Shown here: positions 1 to 14,478 of the stretch, in pieces | Layout: each line of letters begins with the position of its first letter | Position numbering within the stretch: position 1 is the first letter of the stretch | DNA from: Marsupella aquatica | Taxonomy: Eukaryota > Plantae > Marchantiophyta | Reading direction: 5' to 3' | NCBI GenBank assembly: GCA_973895155.1 | Contig: OZ316891.1 | Span: 8,185,875-8,249,874, forward strand | DNA: 64,000 bases | Program-made: the position numbers and the translations under genes | The notes under the pieces: model-generated | What the model was told of the DNA's origin: nothing | The model's database searches: none | What the model saw: the letters and a program-made list of their open reading frames with translations, nothing else

Positions 1-1987
1 GGGTCCTTGCTGGGTGTCATTTGATTCCATCTTCTTTCGACCGAAGAAATCTTCGTTGTTCTCTAGGGTGTCCCTCGATGAACGTTGTACAGTAGAGGGC
101 ATGCTTGTGAAACATCTGAACAGGGGTGAACCATTGGCCAATCGAGGTTTCAAGTATGTTCATTTCTAGCGCTGGATCCAACGGAGTATGTCGAGGAGAG
201 ATCTCAACTCCCGCACGAGAATTGTGTCTTTGAGCCGTTAATAGTATCTTTCCAGGGAGTAATTCTCAAATCCCGTCTGTTGGGGGACTATCGTTGTTGA
301 TTTGGACGATTGGCCCTATATTTGGAGCCTCCCAAGGGATAGCTACAATTTAAAGTAGCTCTGAGCTGATTACATTTAAGAGATGTAGCGGGAGCGGTAG
401 TTGTGAGCCCGCACCGAATTTAAACATCTGCATACATAGCTCTACTGATTCACCTCGTATTAGGCTGCCTGTGGGTGATATTATCAAGTCGGTTCTCTGA
501 ATCGCAACAGCAATTTTCATTCGGAGCACTTACTTGTAAATCATACCTGTTATTGGACACTCATTTGATTTGTGCTTCTCAGAGACGCATTCTGCTGTCC
601 AAGCAATAGTTAAATCCTGTCCCACATCCTCATGGATATTCCACGTCTCATCTACCGCAAGTGTTTTGAATGTCAAGTGTCTTCATTTCGTATTTTTACC
701 ACTGATAGAGAACATAAGTTCAGTACTATCGAGTCCGGACATACTAACAGAGAACTAATTTTCTTGTGTCACACTGAAATGCCCCGATGCGTAGATCAAA
801 CATAACGGTATTCCATGTCACGGTTCCATACAGCTGGCCCAAGTCTTAGCTGCAGTTGCGACCAGAATATGCTCGAGTGTCTATCTCACACAGATCCTTG
901 GCAGTTGTTAGCCGGCACTCCGTAGTTCATGCCAAGCTTTTGAAATTGTCTTTCTGAAATTGCAAGCTCAACTGTTGTTTTCCGACTAAAGGAGATCTCC
1001 ACTGCTGGGTCAAGAAGCTGGGTTATGCAAGGCTTTGGTCTTTGGCCCGTTGAGTGGCGACTTCCGGCTGTTCTTGAGAAATTGATGGGAAGAGAGGTTT
1101 AATAGAGCAAATTCTAGTAGTGGTAACGGTGGCCCAGCTCCGCACTCGAGAAAGACATCATAATTGCCCTTCAATAATCGATGTGATTCAAATGTTTAAT
1201 TGATCCGGTCACCAGGAGGATAGTGGAGGATCACGAGTCCAGCAGGCTCTGGATGATTCACGACGCACTGAAAGAACCAATTTGTTGCTTTCTTTCGGCA
1301 TAGGCTGAGCCACTATTCCCAAGCTTAGCTCAAGATAGCCAAAAAGGCTGGTTGTCAGTCTGGTGCGCCACCAAGCCGACTATGCTCTGCGGCCATCAAG
1401 CCCACTATGCTTATATGCGATAAAACATCTTCTCATAGAATGCACTGTATGAAGTTTTCTTCGTTAGGCGACCACAGAATCTATAATACGGAGCGTGATT
1501 CAAAATAAGAAATCGTTAAAGAAATATAACTATATTAATTAACTAATAGCAAACCAGGGCCCATTTCTCTGTAGAGATCCACGCTTTTGAGTTACAATTG
1601 ACAGTAGGATACAGCTCATAGCCATGATTAGCTACGCCAAAACAATACGCGAGCTGAACCTCAGAAAAGACAAATGTCATAAGGCCATGAAGAGAACACA
1701 ATAGCGCCCTTTTCATCCAGCCTTGCTGGTACCAACACCTATACTACTAAGCGTGACAAAGACTACTATAGCAGGCGGAGTAGCGTTTGTGTGGGCATAA
1801 AGTGTGAATGCAATTTTCTTCACGGGTTGCTTCAGATTCTGCTCTTTGTGAGCAGAGCTCAAGCAGTCAGGCCAGTGTTGACAAGTACCCAAACAAACAT
1901 TTGTAAAAGTTGCAGTGGGAATTGATTCTCTCGGCGACCCTCCTATGCAATTTTCTTTGGAGCTTTATCAGGTATTTACCAGTCAGT

Positions 1988-2173
1988 AAGGCTTTTTAGT
2001 TCCTTTGCAATTGTTAGGGAATCTCGGTGTCTTTTTTGGCTCTTTGATGGTCTGAGTTTTTCCCTTGTTTTTCCCCTTTATTAGGCTTTTTAGTTCCTTT
2101 GCAATTGTTAGGGAATCTCGGTGTCTTTTTGGCTCTTTGATGGTCTGAGTTTTTCCCTTGTTTCCCCTTTATT
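1988..2173. repeat. Tandem duplication, about 94 bp x2, T-rich
   Basis: The unit GGCTTTTTAGTTCCTTTGCAATTGTTAGGGAATCTCGGTGTC...TTTTCCCTTG occurs twice in tandem. Confidence 0.8.
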
Positions 2174-5100
2174 GGGCGTCCTACCTTTTTGGGACTTTTT
2201 GTTCTCGGGCACATATATTCTCAGAACCCTGTTGTTAGTTTCCAGAGATAATAATAATTATTATTTTGAGATAATTATTGCCCAGACATGGAGTACTTCC
2301 CTGTGTGGGTCGGCCCTGATTGGGTCAGACTTGTGTCTTTCAGTTTTCGTATTATTCGTGGCATACTTTGAGCCAGATGTAGTCCAAATCTGTGGGTAAC
2401 TTGTGGCTTGGCGCTGGAGAATCTTCGTAAAGGGTACGAATTGTGAGGTTGTCCGACTGCCTTGGTGTCTCTGATTTATTGATTTCTCTTCTTTTCAGTG
2501 GACCGGCTCCATGATTTGTGACCTTTACTCCTTCAGGTCAAACAGTCAGGTATCTCGTTAGTTGTCTCGCATGATTTCTTTCTTCTCTGTAGTGACAGAA
2601 ATTTTTTCTCTTTAGGACCTGTAGTGTTATTACTTAATTAGTAGTGTTATTACTAGTTTAGTCCTACACTAGGATGGATAACATTCCTTCCTTGTTTTCT
2701 TCACCTTTAGCGTTACAGGTTCACTTGAATGTGGTACTTTGCTGGGGCCACCAGCTCACCTTAGCCACCTTGGAAAAAACACATTGAAAAATAGACTTGC
2801 AAGGACAACAGAGCTGTAGGGTACTAAGATGGTTGAGTGTGGAACAATGGAGAGTTGGAGAGATTGGGAGTTGCGGAACTCGACTACCTTAACACTTAGC
2901 TCCGGCATTGTTGACTCCGATGCCAAGTTCCCCTATGGTCCAGGCCCAGAACGGCCATCCGGGGAGGACTTAGCATGAGGAGACTTGTGGACAATGGGCA
3001 TGGCACCAGCAAAGGCAAGGTGCTAAGTTGGTTGGTGACACACACTAAGGACTTAGACTAGCTAGCTAAGGGCTGGTCGGGTAAGGGGAAAGGGCTGGAC
3101 TCAAAGTCAACCATCCGGACCCCCAGACAAACTTTGAGTTCTGAAGGCTTGAGTCAGAGCTCCTGTTGGGCCCAAGGCAAATGGAGTTTACTCCATGTGC
3201 AACAGACGCTTGGGGCACAAGTTACGGCCCGACCCAGGTTTGGCCGATTGGGGGTCCCGGGCGATGATGGGTTCTGAGGGCCTAGGCATGAGCACTGGGT
3301 CGGCCCGATCACAACGGGCTAAGGCACTCTGCCTACGGACCCTAACTAGAAAGTTATGGGTATATGCAATTGGTGGTGTGCCCAGACATGCGGGTTGGGG
3401 TCCAAGTGGGGGGCCAAAATTTGGGGACCAAAGCAGGTCCTGGGTGGCAGGTCTCCAAAAGCATATATGAGGGCGAGCCAAAGTCGTGAGCCGCAACGAT
3501 CACGCCACTAAGGGAAAATGTCATACGGAAACAACGATAATTTCCCAACGGGAAGTCCATTGGAGGACTTTGTGGGTGCGTTGGAAAGCTCTCAAGGAAG
3601 ACTACATCCTCCTTAGCTCAGTTTGGTCTAGGGGTGCCATGGGTTCTTGGGGTTTGCGGGGGCTATACCGCCCACTTGCCAAATCTTGCCGAAATAGTAG
3701 CCAAACCTCGTTCAGTCTCCTAAGGGAGCTTGCGTTGGGGAAACAAGGCCAAGTAGGCATGGAGGTTGAGTTCCAAGGGCAATTGGCTCCTAGGCTATCA
3801 ATGAGGTGAGAGTCAAGAGTTGGTTGCTAAAGTCGGGGCCATCCTGGTCCTGGCGTGTTGGGACAAGCTTTAAGACAAGTTACGCTATTTGGGCGTTTCA
3901 AAATTGTGGAAGCCTCTCGTCGATCCTTCATTCCTTTCTCCCAGCAGGTGTGCGGTTCTTGTCCTTGGGGTAGGGTGGTCAGTTGGTGATGGATAGGTAC
4001 AAGGGAGAACCGGGCCGCACCCAAAGAGGGTTGTTGTAGACGGACAATGGATGTCAACTTTGGTTCCAGCTTATGGCAATGGGAGGACCTATCGCTAACC
4101 TACTTACCAATGTTTGTGGGCTTGATTTAGAATGCTAGACTTGGGGAGATCTAGATCCTGTGGGTTACTTAGAGGTACTGGTTGCTTGTGCAAACAGTTA
4201 GGACCGCTGAGCGACAGTCGTGTTAGGAAGTAGGTGCGGCTTCATATAAGAGTGGTCGCAAACAGTGCAAGAGGCATCAAGTTGCTTGCTCAAGGAGTTA
4301 TGTGGAGACATTTGGGCACCAAGGGCACTTAGGCATGGGTGCTGAGATTGGTGAGGGCGTTGGGTGGCAAGGTCCACCACTCTGGATTGCAGGGGATATG
4401 GAGCAGCTGCAGGAACTACAGGTCCCACCAAGTCACTTTCAAACAAATGGGCCCACTGCATTGTCTTCCCCAGAATGCAGCACCATGGCATTGTATTCAA
4501 ATAGTGGACCAGGGTCCCTCTAGTCTTGGCCCACTATCTGAATAGTGAGCCCTGGGCATTGTATCTGAGTTTTGAATGGAGGTTTGGATTTTTTACTTGC
4601 GGCATTCATTGTGTTCAAATTTTGGCACTCAGTGGGAGACCAGGTTAGGGTGTAAGCAAGAAGCAAGAATGATAGTAAGTGAGACGCAAATTGACATCTA
4701 AGTGGTGAGATAAAGAGAAGTGTTTGGGAATGCATGTGTAGCTAATTCAAACATTAAAATTCCACAAGGGAGGGAACAAGTTTGTAATACAAACCAAGAC
4801 ATTACATATCATAAGTATCAAGTCTACTATTATCTCTTGGTAAAACAAGTAAACGTAACATATATGTTTTTATGACATAGAAGTGTTCACCATGTGAGCT
4901 ATATAGAGAGTGTAACTCTTTTAAAGTTAGCTCCATTTGAATTAACTGGTCACTATTGTCAACTCCACATTTTACATTTCCCATAAACACAAGTGTTTTG
5001 TTGCCCCAAAATAAATACACTTCTAGTTGGAAGCACAATAAACACACATAACAACGGAGGCTTGGACAAATTCACATTTGGTACCTATGAGAGTTACATA

Positions 5101-5349
5101 ATTTGACTCTCATTAATGGAAAGCAATCCAAACATAAATCTCATAACTCTCATTACACAAGTTACACATGCCCAAGAATATTGTCACCCAACAAGGATTA
5201 TATGCAAACATCTAATCCTCAATCATGTTGTAAAGGCAAACTCCCTCATTTGAGTTATCTGAATGAAAATTGTCAAATTGTACTGCCTCAATGTTGAATG
5301 TGGTTGAATTGAGAGTTTGACCAAGTTTCAATTTTCATGGTCATTATCT

Positions 5350-5681
5350 TGTTAAGGATTGCTCTTAGTCTTGTGACTCATAGGTTACAGTACTTGGGCT
5401 AATCACAATTAGGATCTTAGCTGAGATTAGGTTAATTGTGTATGACCTTGTATATACCAGGGCTAGTGTAAACCACTGGTGTCTAGTGCTTGCTCATTGT
5501 AACAAAGCAACTTGAGGAAGAGAGAGAGCGTGTGTGTTCATCTACTCTTGAAGTAAAGTTGATGTGTTCGTGTGGATGTAGCCTTGGAGAAGAGGTGAAC
5601 CACATAGAGATTGTGTCGACTACGTGTGCATGGTATGAGTACTGATTGGATCATCATAAAGGAAGACATCATAGTTCAACA
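5350..5681 (+). mobile_element. Solo LTR of a Ty1/copia family related to the element at 59191-64000
   Basis: TG...CA ends with 5-bp TSD TATCT (5345-5349 and 5682-5686). The 5' part resembles the U3 of the 59191-59534 LTR (TTGCTCT.AGTCTTGTGACTCAT). The 3' part has the shared GTGGA.GTAG...GAGGTGAACCAC block. Confidence 0.8.
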
Positions 5682-6496
5682 TATCTTCCATGTCATTGAA
5701 TTCATCTCAATGTCACATTTCATGCCCACTTCAATGTGGTTATAGAAAAACTTTCAAACACAGCATCACTCTTTATACTCAAACACATGACTCCCTTTCA
5801 AGTCATTCAAGACATGTCATTAATGACTAATGTGTATATTTATGTGTCATCTCCCAATTGAACCACATGCTCCAATATGACTTGTCTATAATGTAGTCAT
5901 TTTGGACAAGTCTTAAATGACCCAAACTTATTGCCACGTGGTGAATACCCTTTGAGCCACATGTCACTACTTGATTTGTTACATATTGTATGTCATTATG
6001 GACAAGTCCAAAATAACAAATGATTTTTGTTGTTTAACTGCCACATGGAATTATGTAATTGGGTACGGAGACCGTCAACGCGCGGTGAACGGCAATTGAT
6101 CATTGACGGTGGTTTTTTGGTCATTTTGGACGTTCACCATTTATGACCAAATTGTAAATTAAGTCATTTTGGACAATATAAAATAACCACACATTTCTTG
6201 CATCATTTCTCCAAAAGGACCGTGACCCAAATGTCCGTTGTGACGTGTCTGGAAAGACCAAAAACAAATGCGTCATTGTTAAATTGTTGAAAAGACCATA
6301 TGAATAGTCATTTTTGCGGTCATAAACAACCTTGTTTCCTACTAGTGCTGCAACCTCATACTTTAAACTCAAACACAATGCCAGGGCGATGTGTTAAATT
6401 GGCGCTATCTTAGAAAAAACCACTTTTTCCGCATAATATCTGTGTACGAGGGAAGGTGGTTGGGAAGATGGTAGTAAGGGTTTTTTTTCTCCTGGA

Positions 6497-6817
6497 TGTG
6501 GGGAGAAATCAGATCAGGAAAAACACTCCAAACATACACGTGCTCAATAGCCGTGGTTCGCCTCAAGGTTGACTACGTCCATGGGAATACAAAGCTTTAT
6601 AAACGGTTATGTGTGTACTCAAGCATCACCATAGCTCTCATCTCTTCAAGCTCTCATCTCTTGCTATATCCCTGTGTTCTCTCTTGAGAACTCTCTTGTG
6701 TGTTCTCACACCACATACAAGTTGAAGAGATAAGGACCAATCTCTTCAACTAGGGTTAGAGCAAACCGTAGTTAATATACGGCCATAGTTTAACCCAAGA
6801 CTGAGTTAACCTCTACA
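6497..6817 (-). repeat. 3' LTR of copia-1
   Basis: TG...CA ends; matches 27776-28099; adjacent PPT AGGGGGAGTT on the minus strand. Confidence 0.93.
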
Positions 6818-7059
6818 AACTCCCCCTTGACTCAGACACGTCTTGGGAGGGTTCATAACATTGTCTTTTCCTTACAAGTTCCTCCGCAGGAAGTTCAAGA
6901 CAATAGGGCCAAAAGGCCCTCCCCCTAATGCAAGGGTTAACTAGAACTAAGCCGTAGCCGATAAGCCATCGGATGGAGTACTCATATAGAGATATTTTCT
7001 TGGTTAACTCTATATTTACAATATTTGTAAATAATTACAATGCCTTGAAAAACTATTGG

Positions 7060-9903
7060 AGTCTAATACTTTGGTAAAAGCATCCGTTGGATTAAGCTTT
7101 CCATAAATCTTGACAAGCTCAAATTCATCATCCAATAATGTCTGTCGGATGAAATGATAACGGACATCAATGTGCTTTACCCTGCCATCCATCACATGAT
7201 TCTTGGCAGTGTAAATTGCACTTTGACTGTCACAATGAAGATATACACACTCTTGTGATTAACCCATCTCTGTGACAAGCATTTTCAACCAAATGGTCTC
7301 TGATGCTGCTTCTGTTGCCGCTACATACTCGGCATCCATAGTAGACTTTGCAACACACTTTTGGAGAGTAGACTTCCAACTAATGCATCCACCAGCTAGT
7401 GTAAATACATATCCAGTTGTTGATCTCTTCTTATCCAGATCACCTGCGTAGTTTGAATCCACATAACCTTGAAGCACTTTCATATTGTTTGAACTTGCAT
7501 CAAACAATAAACCCTTCTTAGTGAAACCTCTGATGTAGCGCAAAATCCATTTCACTGCTTCCCAATGAACTTTTCTTGGATTTGCCATGTATCTGCTTAC
7601 CTTGCTCACGGCATAAGCTATGTCTGGTCGGGTGTAAACCATGAGATACATTAAACTACCCACAACACTTTCATAAGGAACTTTGGACATCAAACTTTTT
7701 TCTGTCGCATCCGATGAACAAAATGCTGCAGAAATATTGAAATGTCTTGCCAAAGAAACACTCATAGCCTTAGCATCTGCCATGTTGAATTTTGAGAGCA
7801 CCTTCTCTACACATCTTTTCTATGTCAGACAAAGTTTGGCTTTGTTCACATCCCTGATAATCTCCATGCCTAGGATCCTCTTGGCTGTGCCAAGTCCTTC
7901 ATCTTAAACTCAAAACTGAGTTGGGCCTTAAGCTTGTCAACTTTGCCCCTATCCTTTGCTGCAATGAGCATGTCATCAACATAAAGTACAAGGATGACAA
8001 ACTTAAAAACTGTGCTATTCACATGCTTGATGTAAACACATGGATTGTACACGCTTCGCACAAATCCAAGCGATTTCAAAAATTCATCAACACTGCCTTG
8101 GGCTCTACTTTAATCCATACAAGGATTTTAGCAATCTGTATACCAAATTTTCCTTGCCCTTTTGCACAAAACCCTCTGGTTGTCTCATGTAAATCACCTC
8201 ATCCAACGATCCGTATAAGAATGCCGTGACAACATCCATTTGATCTAAAATCAGATCAAATAAAACTATAAGAGCACATAGCAAACATATTGTTGAATAC
8301 TTTGCTACGGGTAAAAAACCTCATTGTAGTCTATACCTTTCTGTTGAGTAAAACCCTTGGCTACCAATCGAGCCTTAAATATCTTCTCAGCATCCTCTGT
8401 GGGTCCATCTTTCTTCCTATACACCCACTTGCTGTTAACAGCCTGCTTGTCACTAGGTAGACTTGTGAGTTCCCAAGTCTTGTTATCATGAAGTGATTTC
8501 ATTTCCATGCACATCACCGCCTGCCACTGTTGCTTCTCCATAGAAGCTAGGACCTCTCAAAATGAGGATGGATCTCCATCTTCTGTCACCAATGCATCAA
8601 TAGATTCTTCATCCAAATCCACTTGATCAGAAAGGAAGCCAAGTTCCATACCTTTCCCGGGCTTGACGTTTGCGAGTTCCTTTTCGCACTGAAGACTATG
8701 ACTGATCTGATTGTAGTGTGCTTTGCCTTATAGTGGTGTCATCATATTCTTCATCTGACACATCCTTTCCCCTTAAATTCTCTAGAGGAGGAGATTGTTT
8801 TTTGTTAGTAGTAGGGAATTGATGTATCTCCCCCTCCTTCAATGATTTTTCTTCATTGAAGGATACATCCCGACTAACAAGTAACTTGCAATCAACTGGA
8901 TCCCACAATCGATAACCTTTAACTTCATGCTGATAACCAAGAAAAATGCATTTCTGGGCTCTAGGATCTAGCTTAGTCCTATTGTTGCTAGGAACATATG
9001 CATATATTTCACAGCCAAAAACCCTAAGCTTTGAATAATTAGCAGGTCGATTGTGCCATAGCTCAAAGGGGGTTTTGTAAGTGATTGCCCGACTAGGAGA
9101 GAGATTTACTAGATAAGCAACAATGTTGACAGCTTCCGCCCAAAAGATTTTTGGCAATTTAGAGTGGCTCAACATGCTCCTTGCTTGCTCCAACAATATG
9201 CTGTTGAGTCGCTCAGCAACACCATTTTGCTCAGGAGTGTACACAGTTATGAGATGGTGAGTAATTCCCTTATTTGCACAATACGTATTGAACTCGCTAG
9301 AGGTATATTCACCACCATTATCAGATCGTAGATATCTCATATTCTTTGCAGTTTGTGTCTCAACTTGAGCTACCCATTGTTTGAAGATGGAAAGCACTTC
9401 AAACTTATGGGCAATTAAATAAATCCAAACAAACCTTGAGTAATCATCAATCAACGATACATAGTATTGCTTGCCTGAATGTGAGGAAACTGGAGTAGGA
9501 CCCCACACATCGGAATGAATATACTCAAGTACAACTTTAGAATGATGAATAGCAATCGGAATTGGAGTTCTTGTTTTCTTGCCGACAATGCAATGATCAC
9601 AAAAACTCAACTTGCATGCTTGCAATCCTGGTAGGAGATGTTGCGTAAGATTTCCAAACTTTTTTCACTCATGTGTCCAAGTCGAGCATGCCATAAATTG
9701 ATTTTCTCCTCCTGAGATGTGACCAAATTGACTTCGGCAAGAAGGGTGGTGCCTTCCAAGACATAGATGTTTCTTTTTCTCTTATCAATAATAACTTCAT
9801 TTAATCCATGTGTGACTGTTAACACCCCATCAGTTGCACTCCATTGATAACCCTTCGCATCGAAGTAGTCAAGAGAAATCAAATTCTTACACATTTCTGG
9901 AAT
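7060..9903 (-). pseudogene. Copia-1 pol 3' part (GAG-pre-integrase, integrase, RT, RNase H), frameshifted
   Basis: Motifs LWHARLGH, HSDVWGP, LRSDNGGEY, PEQNGVAER, KARLVAKGF, LYVDDM, GYVDSNYAGDLD and KHIDVRYHF are spread over several broken ORFs. Confidence 0.92.
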
Positions 9904-12699
9904 AACACGATTTCGGACCGAACGAGAACTATTTCCTCTAAACGAGAAGTGTATTTTCATTTTCCGCCGAATCTCGCAAAATCGGCAGTTTTTTCATCAA
10001 AAAACAGCAAATTTAATAATGATCAAAACCAATGAAATTCATGCTAACAAACATTCATATTATCAAGGAACAATTAGATCCGAAAAACTTTCTCCTCAAC
10101 CTCATATTCACGCTCTCCGAAGATATATGAAAGGTCTTATCTATAAATCCATATCCATGTTTCGAGCCAAGTGCGATAACTGTATCAGACTCCGGATTTG
10201 AGCCATGAAAGCTCCGACCCAATCTCAGTTTTCTCAGTTTTTGGATATTTACCAAAAATATTTTACATCATAGTCGATAAGAATTACTGCACGGTTCGTC
10301 AAACTTACCTTGTAGTTACCTCCGCAATTGACCAGTTACCTCTGCAAGTGACCATAGTCAACATGCCATTCTTTCAACAGCAATGCGCAGTCCGATAAAA
10401 TTATCGCGAAAACTACGGGCGACAAAAATACTAGTCGATAATACTAAGATCCTTCGGTTCATTGGTTAAATTTCAAAATTCCTATCCAGATGAAGAAAAC
10501 TCTTCGCAATACCAACATCAGATAAATTTATCGCTTCAATTTCAAAATTGCAACTTCCATATGAAGGAACCACTTTTGCAATACCAACATCAGATAAATT
10601 TATCGCTTCAATTTCAAATTGCAACTTCCATATGAAGGAACCACTTTTGCAATACCAACATCAGATAAATTTATCGCTTCAATTTCAAAACTATATAATT
10701 TTGCCACGATGCACGTGTGAGAATGAAATTGGAAATCCAAGAAATATACCTTTTTTTGCTATTTTGTCGTTTAGGGTGACAGCCAATCAAAAGTGGACAC
10801 GTGGGCCAACCCCTCAACAGACACTATAAAAGGGCTACAATTTTCATCCAACTTTACAGTACCTTGTATAACGGGCTGTGAAGCCAATGCACTTGTCAGC
10901 TAATCGTCCGAAGAGGCGCAAACAAATACACTCTGGACCACACAACCCGAAGTCAGGGGAGGCAGAGTCAATTACATTCAAAGTGTTTCTTTACAAGCTC
11001 TTCTCGAGCAAACCTTAGAGCACCCAAAATTGACTAGAGGAATGAGGAGTGCGATAAATTTATTGGATGTTCGCAGCAATGCCTCATCCACTCAGACTCG
11101 TCCATGCCATGCAAGAATTGTCCGCTTCCCGCTTTCTCCAAGATTTATCCAAACTCTACGAAACTGATCTAACTGCTCATACGGAAAGCACCCAAGCATA
11201 TCTATGGGAGGGAGGAAATGAGTTTCCTCTCGGAAGACCCTAGCAATATGTAAGTTTGAGAGAAGGTCGGCATTAGGAATGTTTGCGAGCATTTTGTTTA
11301 TGTCATTGATCTCACGGACTGCATATTTCAATAGCGCCCAAAATCGTGTACCAACAACAAGATGGTTCCATTTCTTTGAGGTGGCTCCAAGACAAATGAT
11401 TGTTCTCATTCGAGTCAGTCGTTCTTATGGTAGAAGTTTTAGGTCAAGGCCAAGGTGTTCATCTTGTGTGCAAGACAAGGCTAGGAGGGGCCAAATGTGA
11501 GATCCAACATCAGATAAATTTATCGCTTAAATTCCAAAACTACAAACATCCATATGAATAAAATCTATTTTGCAATACAAACATAGATATATTTATCTCT
11601 CAAATTTCAAAACTACGTAATTTTGCCAAGATGCACATGTAAGAATCAAATTGGATATTCAAGAAATATACCCTTCTCTGTTATTTTGTTGTTTAGCGAG
11701 ACGGTCAATCAAAAGTGGCCACGTGGGCCAACCCCTCAACAGACACATACTATAAAAGGGCCACCGCCGATGAGTTTTTGGCGTCATTATCTAGAGTAGA
11801 GTTTTTTTTGGAGTTGTGTTCTTGGAGCAACATTTTGTCTGTTGAGCCATTCATTTTCCCTGATTGAGGGGAGGTATGCAAAGCCCCATAGTGTCTCGAA
11901 TAACCATGTCTCAATCAGACACAGATTCACCTTCAAGTTTAGTTAAAATCCTCTCCTAATATTGTCGCTTGCTCTTTGCCAAGTCGCATCCCTAAAGCTC
12001 TACCTCTCGCATAGTAGATTGTGCCTGAAATCTTTGACTTTGATTGGGATTCTGATGCAAGTTCTGGTCCTAAGCCCAGTTCTTACTATGTGTTGCCTAA
12101 TAAACCTGAGAAGCATCGTCTCTTGAGCGTTCCATCGCCAAGAATTGAGAAAATTCAATCCCACGTTTAGGTCTGAGACGTCGCTTCAGGCCATCTATCC
12201 CGAGTTATGGAGAGGGTATTCGGCAATTGATATGCGTATCGCACTCGGCATTCGAGTCGCCACATTCAACTCACATTCAATGACGGATTTTTCAGTCTCC
12301 GGGTGAGGAACATGAAGCAAAAAAGAGTAAGTTTCTAAATCTGTGTGTAGTACCCGATAATTTTATTGGGTTGAGGATTCCAATGCTTCTTCTTTGGTAA
12401 TTGTGTGTGAATATATTGTTTGAATAGTTTGAATACTTATCCCGATAAATTTATCGCTATCATGGTTTAACATTATGGTAATCGAATCAAGTGTTTGAAT
12501 ACTGAACCCGATAAATTTATTGCTATCAATCCAGCAAAGTTCTAAACTTTTTTATTATTGAGGAAAATTCTCAACATTGCTAAACGAGCATCGGAAGGCA
12601 TAAGCATTGGAGAGGGAGAAGTTAGCAAAGCACCGGAGCAAATATAATAAGAGTTCTGAGAAATATTTGGAACACGAATTCGGACCAAAGATAACATGG

Positions 12700-13460
12700 A
12701 CAACATAACACCACTATTAGACTTGGCTCATTGAGGGCTTCAAAATGAATCCAAACATGACTATCTATAAACACCCACAAACAACATGTCAACCATTCTT
12801 AGTTTTGTAACTTTCTATAATGATAACACAATATCAATCTTTGGAATACAAACAATGATAAATTTATCGCAACTTTCATTCCTCTTTATATTTTAGGTAC
12901 TCTTGGTTGGTCTCTCAAGGTTAGATCCATTAGTACAGGGTTTTGAGGAACAAATCTTGTCCCTATTATTATCTTGTATTGAAAGATAATATGGAAAACA
13001 TAACGCCACTAATAGATTGGGCTCATTGAGAGCTTCAAAATGAATCCAAACATGACTATCTATAAACACCCACAAACAACATGTCAACTATTCTTAGTTT
13101 TGTAACTTTCTATAATGATAAAACAATATCAATCTTTGGAATACAAATAACGATAAATTTATCGCAACTTTCATTTCTCCTTATATTTTGGGTACTCCTG
13201 GTTGGTCTCTCGAGGTTAGATCCATTAGTACAAGATTTTGAGTAACAAATCTTGTCCCTATTATTATCTTGTATTGAAAGATAATATGAAAAACATACCA
13301 CCATTTTTAGATTGGGCTCATTGAGGGCTTCAAAATGAGTCCAAACATGACTATCTATTTACACCCACAAACAACATGTCAAGCATTCTTAGTTTTGTAA
13401 CTTTCTATAATGATAAAACAATATCAATCTTTGGAATACAAACAACGCTAAATTTATCAG
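12700..13460. repeat. About 295-bp tandem repeat, roughly 2.5 copies, within the TIR element
   Basis: GGCTCATTGAG.GCTTCAAAATGA.TCCAAACATGACTATCT recurs near 12725, 13020 and 13314. Confidence 0.85.
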
Positions 13461-14478
13461 AACAAAAGTTTATCGAACAAAGGAATCCAGAATGTGATAA
13501 ATTTATTGCATGTTTGCTGGAATCTTGAATCCAACAGAGGAATCACTACAACACTATCGGCCGGTTTTGCGAAGACAATCTCATCGCAACTAACAAGCCC
13601 CTGATTCTCATAATTCTGGCTATTGCGAACATACGCGCATCGCACCCCCTTCGCACTTTGCGAACCTAATAACTTCGCACGCGGACCATCGCAATGGCAT
13701 CGCAACATCATGGCAAACTGAGAAGCTGAGAGGTTCGCAATATTCAATACTTCTGCGATCCATTATACGTCGCATAAGGTTCGCAAACATACACGCACAT
13801 GTCCCGCGCGGGCGTCAATATTTGAGACGGATTTACCATCGCATCATATTTGCGATTGATACTGGTTCAATTGTTTTGATGGGGATTGTATGACAAAGAG
13901 CGATACCGGTGATTTCAGAAGTTTGTGAACGGTTGCGATTAGGAAAGTGCGATCCTAGAAGTATCACAAAAACCCGACATATTTGGATCTGAAGTTCTAA
14001 AGTTAATTGACTCAAAAAGTGCGACGCCTTGGGGTTAATATTGTGCGATGGGAATGAGTTCTTAAAGGGTTCGCAAAATTATGATCACACAGGATTCAAT
14101 ACATTATTTGCGAGGGATTTTCCTTGGAACCCAATGTGGAAGGCAAAATTGTTGTTTTATAAAATGGAAAAGCATGAACAAAATGATAGGGCTTCAAAGA
14201 ACCCTATACATGGACAAGAGGGGGGAAATATCTGATGCTAGGTCCGCCCTTCTAAACCTATGCTGCCTCTTCCTACCCTAAGCTCCGGCATGACAAGTCA
14301 CTCTCATGCATGTATCTCTACAAAATAACTAGAATGGGCTCTTGCGGCTCCTCTTGGTTGGCTTCTTGGCTGGCTTCTTGCCCTTATCCTTCCGGGGATC
14401 CTGTTGGTGACGGGTGCGTGATGGCCGTCGGCGCTCCTGCTCCTGCTCCTGCTGCTCCTCTGGCTCCTCCTGCCCCTC

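Noticed and set aside
1-1900. Coding-like composition at the window start
   Set aside because: No long ORF, recognisable motif or consistent splice structure.
2700-4700. GC-richer stretch with short ORFs, possibly a DIRS or LINE RT relic (VPIH..QLTTLPQG)
   Set aside because: Motif spacing is wrong and no YxDD or other confirming motif was found, so it cannot be assigned.
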